This document shows, one piece after another, positions 11,931-26,429 of a DNA stretch of 64,000 bases. The notes beneath the pieces are model-generated. The model had not been told where the DNA came from, made no database searches, and saw nothing but the letters and a program-made list of their open reading frames with translations. Location: contig NC_068984.1 in assembly GCF_001194135.2 (NCBI RefSeq), forward strand, positions 103,877,415-103,941,414. Reading direction: 5' to 3'. The stretch comes from Octopus bimaculoides. Lineage: Eukaryota. A program made the translations under genes and the position numbers. Numbering within the stretch: position 1 is the first letter of the stretch; each line of letters begins with the position of its first letter.

Positions 11931-13544
11931 CAGATTCTAGAGTGTCAGTGAACTAACTAGAAGACTCAACGTTACTTCCTGTAATATTTTCCGTTTTTTC
12001 TCTCTCTCTCTGTCTCCCCTCTGACACTTTTACATATCTTATAAGAACAGATTATTGATTTATGATTTAAACCGATACAAATCATGGCTAGAGGAACATT
12101 GCTAAAAAAATAAAACTGTTCTAACAGCATGCACCAGTGTAAGTAAATAACAAACTACCTTAATGATGGCATTTTACGCCGCTAAGGTTTAGGGTTACAC
12201 AAGTTATTTCCTCTAAGGCTTTAATAATAAATAGTTGCTTTGACTTAGAGTTCATTAACCGAGTTCTTAAAATATTTTCAGTGATTATGTTAAAACATAT
12301 CTGTTCTGAAATTCTAACAATTTTTTAAAAATAAGCCCTCATTTGCAGATTTTGCAACCGGAATATTTTAAATAGAAATAAATATTAACTTCTGTCAGAT
12401 ATTTTATGCCAAACGTTAAAAATTAAAGAAGATATCGCAGTAAAATCACTAAGACACCTAGAAACTGAAAGAATTCATGAATGTTTTTAACATTTATCAG
12501 TTTGTATCTATTTGACCCAATGTTAAATGTTCCTGTATGTACACCACACCCTTGTGTATTGAAACAACAGATTGTATTTATTATTACTACACCTTTTCTA
12601 TAATTTTGCTGAAAATAGTTCGATAATCGCCTCCACATTCCATCAATGATAATAGGTATGTTCTGTAAATCAATTTTATGTGTGATCTCCAGCAATGTTA
12701 CGATATAAGATTAATGAAGAGCCTGTAGTTCCTCTTTCCTCAAATCAGTGGATAACAACCTTTTTTTTGTTATTCATTACTATTTTGTGTGTTATTTATT
12801 TTTTGTTTCGGACAAATAAAAATGTTTACATAATCAAGCAAATTATTTGGTTTAAAACTTTTCATTTATTGCATGTGTTGGGGTTTTGTTTTTGTTTTAC
12901 AAAATAGAATGTAATTGAGGTCGATTTAATCGAGTGTGCCCATCCTCCAGAATTTGCGATGAGAAAACTTAGAAGGAAGGTAACCTTTGCTAATCTTTGA
13001 AGACTGTTACTGTTTTCGTAGAATTTCTGTAGGAAAACAAAATGAGAAAAGACAGGAGGGAATTTCAGGAGGACGTAGCTTTGTAGAGGATTGATTGGGA
13101 GAAAGGTTTATTAGATGTCTGATAAAGAGGAGTACAGCAAGTGAGGCCTAGATGGAAGTTGACACGGCCGGTGTAATAGCGATTGAAAGAGACAAAACTG
13201 TAGAGTAGCATCGGCCAAAAATACTTTATGGGATCAAGGTTCTTTCATTTAAAATTATTATGGTCAGTTCATCGATAGAAGATTAGTTTAGAAGCCGTTT
13301 CTGAATTTAACCGATTCCTGGAAAGTCTTCGTCGACTACTAAGAAAATTTTTACTTTGTCTTTTGAACAAGGTACTAAAACATCTATGCCTGACTGAAGA
13401 TTTTTATGAGAACAAAATATTTAGATCCAGCGGAACCATAGTTCGAATGAATTACAAATTGCTTTGTCAAAACTTATTCGATGCACAACCCCACAAAGCT
13501 AAGTTCTCCCAGAAGTTTCACATCTCCAGCCAATTGAAAATATT

Positions 13545-13730
13545 CGGTCACTTCCGCTTGAATTGAACTTGGGACAGCATCAACCAAAAGTCGGTGTCCC
13601 CATTGTGTTCACATGATATAAGTAACGTCTGGCGAATTAAACATTAAAAATAGCTATTATATTTTAATATAAAATTAAGCTCATTCAAACAAAATAATGC
13701 AATGCTTTCACTTTTGGCGGCGCTATTTTA
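13545..13730. promoter_or_regulatory. Candidate promoter motifs (ETS GCGGAAGTGAC on -, E2F-like TTTGGCGGCGC)
   Basis: gtcacttccgc at ~13548-13558 and ttttggcggcgc at ~13712-13723; CpG-richer than surroundings. Confidence 0.35.
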
Positions 13731-14028
13731 TACTTATACAATGGGCGTTTTTATCGAATAGAGTCGGAAATTATATACTTTGTTCATAACTGTAGTTCTT
13801 AGGTTATGTGTGTGTTTAAGCAGTTTACGAATCTTTTATATGTATATATATTTTCGTCTGGAGTTGCTTTCAGTTTTGACTTGCGCAAACTTTTTCAGAT
13901 GTGTTTTAGGCATGCTAGATTATAATTCTTCAAAATATATGCAACACTTTTTAAAACATATTTGGAGGAGAAAAAAATCGAAAGATAATAAAAAGTTACA
14001 GAAAAGAAAAAAAGGGCANNNNNNNNNN

Positions 14029-14370
14029 GAGCACCGCCTTCAGTCGAACAAATCGACTCCAGGACTTATTCTTTGTAAACCTAGTACTTACTCTATCTGT
14101 AACTTTTGCCGAACCGCTAAGTTACGGGGACGTAAATACACCAACATCGGTTGTCAAGCGATGGTGATGGTGGGCGGAACAGACACACACATATATACAT
14201 ATATATATATAATATATGCTACGGACTTCTTTCAATTTCTGTCTACTGAATCCACTCAAGGCTTTGGTCGACCTGAGGCTACAGTAAGACATTTGCCGAA
14301 GGTGCCACACAGTAGGACTGAACCCGGAACCATTTGGTTGAGAAGCAAGCTTCTTATCACACAGCTACTC
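14029..14370 (-). mobile_element. tRNA-derived SINE (family 1)
   Basis: Reverse complement begins gagtagctgtgtgataagaagcttgcttc..ggttcagtcc..caccttcggcaaatg; same body as the 9455 copy. Confidence 0.8.
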
Positions 14371-15501
14371 ATGCGCCTATATATATAAACTAAGAGAAAA
14401 AATAACTCGGCGTTATGTATATAAACAACATAGACAAATATCAATATATCAAAAACTATGCTACATAAATTCTTGATTTACTGTAATTATTTTCGTCTCT
14501 AGGGAATGTTACGCAATTGCCAAATGGCAACTGAGATCAGCTCTGTATGAGTAAGGGAGACAATCTCAAGACTTCTTCAAAACATACTTTTGGACACATG
14601 TTCCTGCCTTAATAAGTGCTATCAACAAGGATGGCATTTGTCTTACCTTACTTTCAATAGCTAAAGAACTTAGACTTATATAAGAGGGGTAGAACACATT
14701 TATGACTCAAGTAATTTGCATAATTTAATTTTAAAAAATGAGCTAAGAGAAATAACTCAGTGGCTATTGGCATGTTTATGAACAACGTAAACAAATACAG
14801 GTATATTTATTACCGTACAATATAAATTCTTGATTTATTAAAATTATCTCCACCTCAAGGGAATGTGGTCTGGTTGCATAAAATAGATTGTTTGTTTTCA
14901 GTGTACATAAACTATGGTCAAAGTTCCAAATAGTTTTGAGTTTCTTTGGTTTGTTTGTAGTTATTTAACGTCAATAGAACTACATTTAAAGTTTGAAGTA
15001 TTTATGATACCACGAACTCAGTGTATGTGCACACACACATATAGTGTCTTGTTCATTTTGTTGATAGGATCAGCAAAAACATACTCAGTTTGGTGAGAGA
15101 TAAATATGATTTAATGAATTCAGGAGTTATATGTGAGCTACGTAAAGTTTCATACTCAGATAGGGCAGTAACAAAACTGGCTTGTATGGCATGAACATTT
15201 GATGGATTGTCCAATTGCTGCACTACTTGAGCATGAAACTTGAAGTAGCCCATGTATAGCCTTCATTTTATATATATAAAATCATCACAATTGTTCAAAT
15301 GGGAACATGAAACTCTGAGCGACAGTTTTGTGATAATTTTGCAGCTTTAATAAAAGCATATTACTCTACCTTTGGTATTCGAGTACTATTTTTTCCACCT
15401 TGTTTTGCACTTATGCTCACCTGTGTGTGTGTGCATGTATATAATATATATATAATTGTCGTTTAACATCCACCTTCCATGCTAGCATGGGTGGGACTAT
15501 A

Positions 15502-15547
<46 letters not shown>

Positions 15548-17454
15548 TAGGCCTGGTGTGTCTAGGTACAAGTTACTGTTGTTTTGTTGTATTTGAGTAA
15601 GATATATATTTTAACATACCTATTTCACTCCTAGGAATGGATTCATATCTTATCCAAGATTAATTTTATCTTGTATCTTAAAAGCCGTGCTGAACTACTA
15701 ATTTTAGTTCTAGATCAGGGTAGCTGTTGTCCATTTTAAATTCTATATATAGGTAGCTTAATTAATAACACATGACATGCCTAATGTTTCTTATTTTATA
15801 TATTAATTAATGGTGGGACATGCCTAACTTTTAAACACTTGTAGTAAAGAATTAAAGAATTGAAAAAAATGCAGTTGCATGTTTTGTAATTTCAACTGCT
15901 ACAAAGATGTATTGAGCAATTTTTAATTAACTCCTATATAAGAAAATATTTTTAGCCTTGTTCTAAAACCGTTCGTGAGTTGAGCAAGTCTAGAACTACT
16001 TATATAGAAGTTTTGTTCAGTAGTGCTAGTTTGCACTAGATAGAACTTTTCATATTGGTAGGTAAGGAGGCTGTACACATTTGCAGTGTTCTGTGGAATA
16101 CAGTGTGGTAGCATAGCCATAACATTCAGTTTACTTTTAGCATGTTTTTTGGTGTTTATTATAGTGATGCGAGGGAGGTTGGTATTAAATAACCATAATT
16201 CATCAAGATTAGAAGAGGATTTTAACAAACCAGTTTAGGTGTGGATAGGCTCATGAAATGACAGAATTTGAGTAAATAGATTTTATACTAATGTTTACTA
16301 TAGGATATACTCAAAAATTTTAACCAATGCATTCATAAATTAAATTTACTAGATACATGAGACAGGCATAGATGTCTGCCATGTTTACCATAAAACAATT
16401 TCACTGTGAACAGTAAGTATACTGAATGAGACAAACATATGTGACTGTCTCATGTAACTAATATAATTAATTAACTCTTTGTTACCATTTTTCTGTTAAA
16501 ATACTCTGCTTTTTTTCATTTTTGAAAATGAGTTTAATAGAATAATTCTGACTTTAAAATGATGTATGAAGCATAAATTAATGTGAAACTATAATGGAAA
16601 AGTTTTAATTTAAATCCCTTTAAGCAGAAAGTTTGTATCATGGAACAAGGGGCAGATTGGTATCAAAAAGGTTAATTTACAAATACAGTGACAACTAACA
16701 TCTTTGAGTATATCCCATAGTAAACATCTCTTTCATTCTTAGCTTCATGCAACTTCTTTTCATCTAAAGAATTTGTCATAAAATTCAAATTTATCATTTA
16801 GTACATTTCAAACAAACTCTGCCGATGAATACTTGGATACATTGTCAGTGTTGTGCCCTGGTGTCATGGGGTGTTTCAGATCTTACTGCATACATCCTCA
16901 TGCAGGTGACCTGACCTAGATTGATCAAGCCTAGGCCTGTGTCAGTGACATTCTGCTGACCATACTGATCACTTCTTTTCAGTTAAAGCACCATCTACAT
17001 TATTTTTAATGGCTCTTCTGCTCATTCCTGTAATGTCTAGGGTTCCACAGGCCTTACTCAGAGTATGGCCTGCAAACTCTGAACAATAATAAGTTTGACT
17101 TTTCATAGCATCAAATTTGTTTTTGTAATCTTGATTGCATTGAAACCATAAATACCGTCATAGCTAGTGGAATCGCTCCATCTAGGTTATAGAGCCTATA
17201 AACATAAATAGCTGTTTTAGTGGCATTGTCTGTTGTAAAGTGTATCACATTGGTGTAGTTACAATTTGTTTTGTGAATAATCCAACCTACACAACACTTG
17301 TTTTAAACATTGAAATTAATTATGAAAACCTAACCAAACTGAATGTTTACCCAGTAAAAGCTTCTCATAAATCATGTCTGTCATCTATTTAGAATATTTA
17401 AATTAATTAACCCCTGTAATTTTTCATAATTTCAGAAGTGTATATTTTTGTTTT

Positions 17455-17485
<31 letters not shown>

Positions 17486-20362
17486 NNNNNNNNNNNNNNN
17501 NNNNNNNNNNNNNNNNNNNNNNNNNNNNNNNNNNNNNNNNNNNNNNNNNNNNNNNNNNNNNNNNNNNNNNNNNNNNNNNNNNNNNNNNNNNNNNNNNNNN
17601 NNNNNNNNNNNNNNNNNNNNNNNNNNNNNNNNNNNNNNNNNNNNNNNNNNNNNNNNNNNNNNNNNNNNNNNNNNNNNNNNNNNNNNNNNNNNNNNNNNNN
17701 NNNNNNNNNNNNNNNNNNNNNNNNNNNNNNNNNNNNNNNNNNNNNNNNNNNNNNNNNNNNNNNNNNNNNNNNNNNNNNNNNNNNNNNNNNNNNNNNNNNN
17801 NNNNNNNNNNNNNNNNNNNNNNNNNNNNNNNNNNNNNNNNNNNNNNNNNNNNNGTATCCATCTGTGTGTGTGTATAGTTAGCTAGCTAGATGGATGGATA
17901 GATATAATAAATGTATTTTTGTAATGTAAAAGATGGAGCTGTCAACAGTTAAGCTAAATATTCAAGTGTTCAGCTCTTGCTATATTTTAAAAATTAATAT
18001 TCTTATATCAAATGAGAATGCATGACAGTAGTGAAATTAAAATTTTGCCCAACTGACTGCAGAATCCACTTCAACATTGTAGTTGAATAATTGGAAGTAG
18101 TAAGAATATCCACATGCATAAGCATAAGCCTTTTTTTCCTTTTCTATTTTTTTTTTTTCATTAGCATGGGGTCGGTGGGAGCCACTGCTAAACAGCTGCT
18201 GCATAGTTTTATATTTTTTTTGTTTGTAATTGTGGAAAAAGCAATATCCATGGTTTACACCTAAAAATTTAAGAAGCACGAGTATAATATAGCTATTTTG
18301 TTTTTAAACTGTTTACGTATTTTTGTATTTTACTTCTGTATTTCCATGCTTGCTTGGGATGGGTGGATCTTCTGTAGTGCAGCATCTCATCACTTGTTGC
18401 AGTCCACTATCATCTCATTCATTAGCTGTAGCATCTTGGGATAAGCCTTCAACTGCCTCTTCACCCACATATTCCTTCCACATGAACTGTTTGACACTGC
18501 TTTACCTAACTATCAGCCTCCATTCACATCACATGCCTGTGACCTTGTCTCAGCTCATTTGTGCTGTCATTCATTCACACTAACAATACACATTCAGTGG
18601 AGCATGCTTAATTCATTTTTCCCCAGTTCTTGCACACCCTATGCATTTAATGTCCACCCTTCACCCGGGGGGAAATAATCTCTTTGTTGTCAACAGAAAT
18701 TATTACTCTCTGAACACGCTGTTATTATTTTGGTTACTATGCTTTCAGAACTCTTACTTCCACAGCTAGTTTGGTCACCTAGGTAACAGAAAATGTTAAA
18801 TATGAGGAAGCTTTACAGAGTTTGGAAAAAATTTATTTCATTGCTGCTGTTATTACTAATCACTCCTGAGTATCTGCTGCTTCTCTATCAGCCTATCTAT
18901 GATCCCACTACATCCCTTGTGCACCTATTGTTTACGTTGGGTACACTATAGAATTTCTACATTTTCCTTTTCTGCATAGTGAGTATGGCCACTGCGCAGT
19001 ATCTTTGCATCTATCCTTGATGCTTACCTTGCCTTCATATCCTTAATTGCCCTTTCAATTGTATGGTCAACCAACTTGTGGTAATCCCTCCCTTACACAT
19101 TTTTCTCATTCAACAATCCCTCATTATAGCATTTTGAAGCCTCTTTCTTGTTGGCCATCAATGAGTGCAAGTACTCTGCTATCATTCCATACCCCCCCCC
19201 CCACAACAACTTCACAATTCATATTGATACATTGTAATCCGTTAGTTTCTCATACTTCTCATCCTCTTGTCACACTCAGTGTACTTTGCATCTAAATCCT
19301 CTTCTGCAAATCTTTTTAGTGGCTCACAACTTTATAAAATCTCTGTTGACATGTGTGTGTGTGAGTACCTGTGAAGACTGCTGGTCATGGGGAATATTAC
19401 CTTACTTGGAAACAGGTCGGAGTTGGTGACAGGAAGTGCATCCAGGCATGAGAATCTGCTAAAACAAATTCTGTCCAATCCATGCATGGAAAAGTGGGCA
19501 TTAAAATAATGTTATATATATATTAACACATATGTTAAAATGATTAACTAGGGATGTTACTAGGATTTTTTTTGTTTTATGCCTATGAAAAAAAAAAAAA
19601 GGTTGGTTGTAAAAATTGTAGGGCTTTTTTTTGCACAAATTCCTTAAAATAATCACAGCTAAATGCTTTTGTGATATAAAAATGGTATCCTTTTTTCAGG
19701 CTGGTAATATGCTTTGGCCAAGAATATGTTTCCTGCAATTGGCACATTTTGAAATGCTAAGAATTTGTTCAGTTATTCTTTTACTCGTTCCAGTCATTGA
19801 ATTGTGGTCATACTGGAACACTGCATTCAGTGATCTCGCTGATTACATGAACTGCAGTATGCATTCTTAATTGAAGGTAAAAGAAACCTGAGCAAGATTT
19901 GAACTCAGACCATAAAGGGACATAACTAAATACCACAAGTCTATTTTGTCATCCATCTACTGGATTGAGAACTAAAATTTTTCCTAATTGAATTAGAAAC
20001 TACAACCATTATGTCTTGGGAACGTTTACCTGCTTGGCATGACTTAAGCAAATTTTCCTGTTTTAAATGTCTATTTCCTTTCTGGTTTTGCATTCAATCA
20101 ATTGGAAAGTGACTTACCTTACATCTGTAACCTACAAAGTTCTTTGCTTACAATTCTATTAAAACATTGATCATTAAACTACAACAGAATCTCTTTGTTA
20201 TCAATACATGTAGAAATTTGATTATACTGTTATAGGCCCAACTCTCATTACCATATTTCTGTTGAATTATACAGCTTTTGCTTCAGTTAATTTTTGAAAA
20301 TTATAAAGAATTTAATAAAATAGCTTTGTCATTATTAATCTGGCATTTAGAACATAAATTAA

Positions 20363-20582
20363 CCCTTTTGTTACCACATTTCTGTCAACATATGCTGCCT
20401 TTGTTTCAATTAATTTTAAAAATAATGAAGTATTTAGTAAAATAACTTACTCATTATTAATTTGATGTCTGGAACAAATTAACATACAATTTTGATAGAA
20501 TATTATAATTTAGACCACTTTAAAACAGTAAGTTTATGTCATAGAACCTGAGGCAGTTTCAGATGGGTTGGTATCAGAAGGG
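20363..20582. mobile_element. piggyBac-type MITE (family 2)
   Basis: TTAA|CCCTTTTGTTACC ... GGTATCAGAAGGG|TTAA. Related, more degraded copies at ~22767-23035, ~24057-24285 and ~56520-56720. Confidence 0.75.
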
Positions 20583-21689
20583 TTAACAAGAAATTTTGAT
20601 AGAAAGTTTTAATTTAGATCACTTTAAAGCTGAAAGTTTGTATCATAAAACTAAGGGTGAGTGTAGGTGGGTGGGTTGGTATAAAATTGGATTAATCAAA
20701 TCATGATTAGAGTTCATGATCTGAATTGGTTACCCACTTCCTTTGTCACCGATTTTCATTCTTGATATCTATTCCATGAGTGTTCTGAATGTAACCATTC
20801 CTGCATAGTGCTTGTACTCTTGACCATTTCTGATGCAAGCCTACAAAGGAATTGCCATGGGATTCTCAACCTGTTAGAAATAGTAACCAAATTTCCCTTA
20901 AATCACTATACCATCTTCAAAAAATGAATAACACAGGACGATGTAGCCCTTGATAAACTACATCTGGATAAAAGACTGATGGTCACTGCAGGAATGCTCT
21001 TCATCATAGGTCTGTTCAGTCAAATTTGTTCAAGGGCTAAACAACTTTTCTGGTTTATATTTTAATCCTAGCTATCTTTCAAATCCTTCCTATTAGATTT
21101 GAAATTCTATTTGCCTCATATTTCTTATGTTAAAATGTAAAATGATTAGCATTTATACAGCAATAATACTTTTACGTGTTTGTTTTAGTATCAGATATCA
21201 ATATATTTGCTTTTATATTTAGGTCTATTTATCTCATATGAACATGGATTACATAGTCCTGCTTAGTGATATTCAGTATAATTCCTTTGATGCACAATGT
21301 TTGCCATAAACAGATGAGCTCTGTTTACACAGCTTATAATATTTAGTAGTTCAAAGCTTGCTTCAGTAGAACAGATGTTATTTTACATATGAAACTGCTA
21401 GGTGAATTGTGCCATTATGAAGTACAGAACAAGTGTATATATACATGCTGAGAAGAAAGCAAGGAATAAGGTTGCTTTGAGGATAAGGCAAGCTTGATGT
21501 GGAGGTGGGGAGGAGTGGTCAAATTATTAAGGTAACATAAATGAAGAACTGGTTAAAGCAAGGGTTATAATAGTGTAGGTCTGTGCCAGCACAAGAACAC
21601 TCATGCAACTAAATATTGTTGAGGATGAGGAGAGCTGTGGCCAAAGCATTCTTAGATCCAGTCAGTTCAAATTATCCCTTGTACTTTCT

Positions 21690-22070
21690 GAAATACTCTT
21701 TACTCTTTTACTTGTTTCAGTCATTTGACTGGCCATGCTGGAGCACTGCCTTTAGTCGAGCAAATCAACCCCCAGGACTTATTCTTTTGAAGCCTAGTAC
21801 TTATTCTATCGGTCTCTTTTGCCGAACCGCTAAGTTACAGGGACGTAAACACACCACCATCGGTTGTCAAGCGTTGGTGGGGGGACAAACACACACACAC
21901 ACATACATATATACGACAGGCTTCTTTCAGTTTCCGTCTACCAAATCCACTCACAAGGCTTTGGTCGGCTCGAGGCTATAGTAGTACACACTTGCCCAAG
22001 GTGCCACGCAGTGGGACAGAACCCGGAACCATGTGGTTGGTAAGCAAGCTATTTACCACACAGCCACTTA
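21690..22070 (-). mobile_element. tRNA-derived SINE (family 1), well preserved
   Basis: Reverse complement: gtggctgtgtggtaaatagcttgcttaccaaccacatggttccgggttctgtcccactgcgtggcaccttgggcaagtg...; tail cagtcaaatgactgaaacaagtaaaaga. Confidence 0.85.
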
Positions 22071-25000
22071 GTTTTTAATATCAGTTGTCTGAAGTAAATA
22101 GTTATTTCCAAATTTGAGTTTATTTATTTCACTCATATATTTATTAAAATTTAAATTTTAGCAGTAATGGAAAATTATAACAAAAAAAGATAAAATATTT
22201 TTATATTTCAGGATGGTAAATTTTTTTTTTTTATGCCAAATAAACACAAGCTCTATATATTCGTTCTTCACTCGCTTGTTATTGTTCCTATTTTATCTTA
22301 TGTCCATTGTCTGGAAATCTTTCATCACATATTTGTGATCTCTTCAGTGACCCTTTCCATCCACATATATCCTTGTGCTCCACCTAATCCAAACTTAAAT
22401 TAACAAATCTGTAAAATTGATATTTTTTTCCCTCAGCAGTCTAGGATGTATAAATCCATTATCTTTTCTCTTCTTCCTTCTCCTTATCAACACCATAGCA
22501 TCTTCATATAAAGATGTTTTTATACATCTTTTCTGAATCAAGATTTTAATGTAAGTAATGATTTCTTTCAACAGGAAACATGGTCAAATTTTTATAGGAA
22601 AGTCTCTTGAATCAACCATAGTATATTGCTGTTATTAGTTTTATGCTAGAAGGTCAAAAGACACAGTTTACCCTTGCCAAACTTAAATTCAGAACTTAGT
22701 GAAATGAAACTAATCATTTCAATCCATCTTGCTGTTGATCATTTCTGTTTAACATACTGTAAAATTAACCCTTTTGTTACCATATTTCTGTTGAAATACT
22801 ACAATTGTTTCAGTTACTTTTGAAAATAATGAATTTAATAAAATAACTTAAGTTCATCCTCATAATATTTAGTAATATGAGTGTTCTTGTGCTGGCACTG
22901 ACCTACACCACTATAACCCTTGCTTTGACCAGTTCTTCATTTATGTTACCAAATACTCATATCTATTAATTAGACCACACTTCTCCCCACTCCCACATCA
23001 ACAAGAAATTAAACTAACAAATTTTGATGGTAAGTTTTAATTTAGATCACTCAATTTCAGGCAGATTTGGTATCAAAAGAGTTAATATCTGCTGCTGTTG
23101 GCTGACGATTTCTTTCACCTTTCATTCATTAGACCAGGGATACTCATAGTAATGTTTATTTTTGGTTAAAGGTATTCTGTTATATATATTACTAGCATTT
23201 GTTCTTGGTTGTTATAATGTATAATGACTTCTTTATCTATTAACTTCAGCCTATATTATGATTAAAGTTTATCCCATACTAACTTAAAAAGCGCACTCCG
23301 TGTGGACTTTTAAACTAGCTCCTGCGGCCCTAAACCAAAGATAGTGATAATAAAGTATTTATTAGTATCCTACCGATACGATAGTGCTTTAAATTTAGTT
23401 TAAATGTAAAACTTGCAACTTCACAAATTTTTGGAGTTCTTTCAAAATTTGAAAAGAAGATATGTGTGTGTGTGTGTATATATGTGTTTGTCCCCCCACC
23501 ACCGCTTGATAATTGGCGTTGCTGTGTTTACGTTCACGTAACTTAGCGGTTCGGTAAAAGAAGCCAACAGAAAAGTACCAGGCATAAAAAAGAAAGAACT
23601 GGTGTCGATTTGTTCAATTGAAATCCATCAAGGCGGTGCATGTGACTGAAAATGATTAAAGACCACTAAATTTCTTAGTAAACCTTAAAGCTAAGGGAGG
23701 TAACTCTTGTACATCTCTCGGTCGTTTTACTTATAAGAAATAGTAACCCAAATGCTTTTAAATCAGATCCCAATCCTGGGATCATCCTGATTCCAAAAAG
23801 GTATATGTCTATGTAGAGTAAATGTAGACAGAGATACAGGGGTCCCAAACAGACAGAATTTCGCTTTTATTGATATGGAAGTGACCTTCTCCACCGCCGT
23901 GAGACCTAATTTATGCTTCAATCTGGTCTATGAAGCCAAACGAGTTTAACATTCCTGAACTTGAGAACTAGCGTAATTATATTCCTCGAACTCATTTTCT
24001 ACTCGGCAAGTAACCAGTTGAAAGGATTACTCCCTGTATCACCATCAAACAATTTTAACCCTTTAGTTCTCGTATTTCTGCTGAAAATCCACTGCTTTTG
24101 TTTCAGTTAAATTTGAAAATAATGAAGAATTTTGTAAAATATCTTTATCATTATTATTACTATTTTGAATAAAAATGAACATGTAATTTTGATGGAAGAT
24201 ATTAATTTAAATCACTTGAAAAAAAGGAAATTAGTTTCATAGACCCAGGGGCAGTTTCAAGTAGGATGATATCAAAAGGATTAAGTGATAAGAAATTATC
24301 ACTTGTTTGTTACTTAGATTTTCTCTAAAATATCTTTTTCCTGAAACCCTAAAATCCACAAATGTGTGTCCTTTCAAGAAACTGAACTACTTAGTCTGCA
24401 TATAGATTTGGTTAAGTTTTTTTTGTTGATTAGAATTTCCTTTCTCTTGTAAACATAGAGTATTTCTGTGTTGTTCCTATGGAATTTTTTGGTTTCACTG
24501 AGTTAATTAAAATCCATAATCATATTTTCACACACTTATTCTCTCTTACACTGTGTAACAGAATTTTAATTAAAATTTTTTTTTTTGTCTTTGGTAGAGT
24601 AAGTGTTATTTCCTATTTGCTGCCCTGTAGAAATCAAAGAAAATTACTATTCCTTTCGAACTTTGCTTTTGTGACCTGAACACCAATGTTTTGAAACTGA
24701 GACATATTTTCCATTACATTTCAGACAGATTCATTGTTTAGTTGCTGGAGCAGAAATATAGTTACAGCAAATATTCTGCTCAATCCCACAGATTTCCTCG
24801 TCAGTTGCTTGATCCTAACCACTTGGGCATATTCCTTAGTTGGTGGCTGATAATATGTGCATCTCTGATGATGAGCAGAAATAGTGGAGAGCATTATAAC
24901 CATGTGTTAAGAGGGATTCTTTGGGGATTGAATAAATGTAACATAAGCAAAGTTTGAAGGAAATATTAGCCATTTTTCATACTTTCTAAGAGTAAGCAAA

Positions 25001-25311
25001 TAGGAAATAACAGTTGCTACCCAAAGACAAAAATCGTGTTTCAGAGTTATCTTCATGGATCATTGAATATTGATAATTCTTCTCACATCATTATAAATAA
25101 TGTGTGCAGGAGTTTTTTTTTTGTTTTTTTTTTAAGATGGGCCTATACTTTCTATCTTCCTTGTAGGTCATTGCCCTTTATAAACAATATTTATCAAATA
25201 TAACTTGTCCTCAATGATAATAAAAATGTAATTTATTGTGATGACTCTCTGAAACTTGTGTCCATCTTCAATTGTTTTTCTTTTCTTCTCGTTTTGTTTA
25301 TTTCTTTTCAG

Positions 25312-26429
25312 GAATGATAGTGAGAAGAGAAGAATTTGGTTCTATGAATCTGGCTTTCTCGCTGCTGTGTCGTTCCCAATCTACTTGTTGGATCATACTC
25401 CTTACTTGCTGTGGCTTCTCACTGTTTGCACCTTCCTTTTCACCCAGTTGATTGGACAACTTCATTTACTTTACTGGTGGAATCTTCTTAAAACAAGATG
25501 GGATGAACACTTGCAACATCAGGAAAGTTTACAGAGACTGCAAAATAATTCTACCATTTCTGTTCCTTCAATGCCAGCATCACCTTCACCAGCTGTTACC
25601 AATCGTGGAGTTTCTGGGATTAGCCAACCTTATTCTGGTCATCAAATGGTACCACAACAACCTTCAGTAAGCAACTATGATCATCTGCTCCCAAACACTT
25701 CTGCAGTCATTTCACAATATGGACATAAATCAATGAACCTTAGTAGTCAGCAAGCTGCCTATTTAGGACCTCACTATTCTGATAACCACTTTCTCCCTCA
25801 ACAAAAACATTTGTTCCTTCATTCTAATCAGTCCTGTGGCAGTCCTTCAGTATATTTTCCTGAAAATATAACTGTATGTTCCAACACCATTACTCAAAAT
25901 ACTGTAGGGACACTCTGGCCTCACAATATGAGACGGCGACCTCTACGGCCCAGTGTCTTAAGAAGTGCGTCTCCATTTCCTCTTGTTTCCACTTCTCAGC
26001 ATGACACCAAAACTGTAAGGGAAATTTCATTTAAAGACAAGCTGCTCTCTTCCTTTGGTTTTACACCAAAAAGTCCACCTGGTCTGGAAAATGATGGCCA
26101 GAATTTGTGTTTTATGAATTGTATTTTGCAATGCTTAGCCAGAAGCCCGCACTTGGTTAGTCAACTGTTGATGGTTAACATAGAGACTATTCCAAATGTA
26201 AATAAGGAAGAAAAGCAGTTTCTTTCTGAATTTATCAAAATATTAAATAAATGCTCTGCTGAATCACAGACAAGAATGTCTGTATTGGACACAGAGCCTT
26301 TAAAATTAGCCTCTCAAATGATGAAGTGTAGTTTACTGAATGAACATACGCAACAAGATGCAGCTGAATTTCTTATGTGGCTCCTAACAACAACTCACAA
26401 CATCTTAAACAAAATTCATCTCAACAAAG
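25312..26429 (+). CDS. Membrane-anchored ubiquitin-specific protease (peptidase C19), internal exon: hydrophobic/TM region, low-complexity linker, Cys box
   Basis: Acceptor ttcttttcag|G (phase 2), donor AAAG|gtgagg (phase 1). Encodes ...GLENDGQNLCFMNCILQCL and QQDAAEFL. Upstream exon(s) not resolved. Confidence 0.9.

Noticed and set aside
15923-17300. Protein-like - strand stretches (15923..16228 and ~16700-17140)
   Set aside because: No splice-consistent gene. They resemble decayed transposon coding sequence, but the family cannot be supported.
17424-17885. Long ORFs spanning N runs (also 26777-27834, 34607-35709)
   Set aside because: Assembly-gap artefacts.
25256-25311. ORF-track N-terminus MCPSSIVFLFFSFCLFLF for the USP
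   Set aside because: Non-ATG start, and the sequence is the polypyrimidine tract before the acceptor at 25311.
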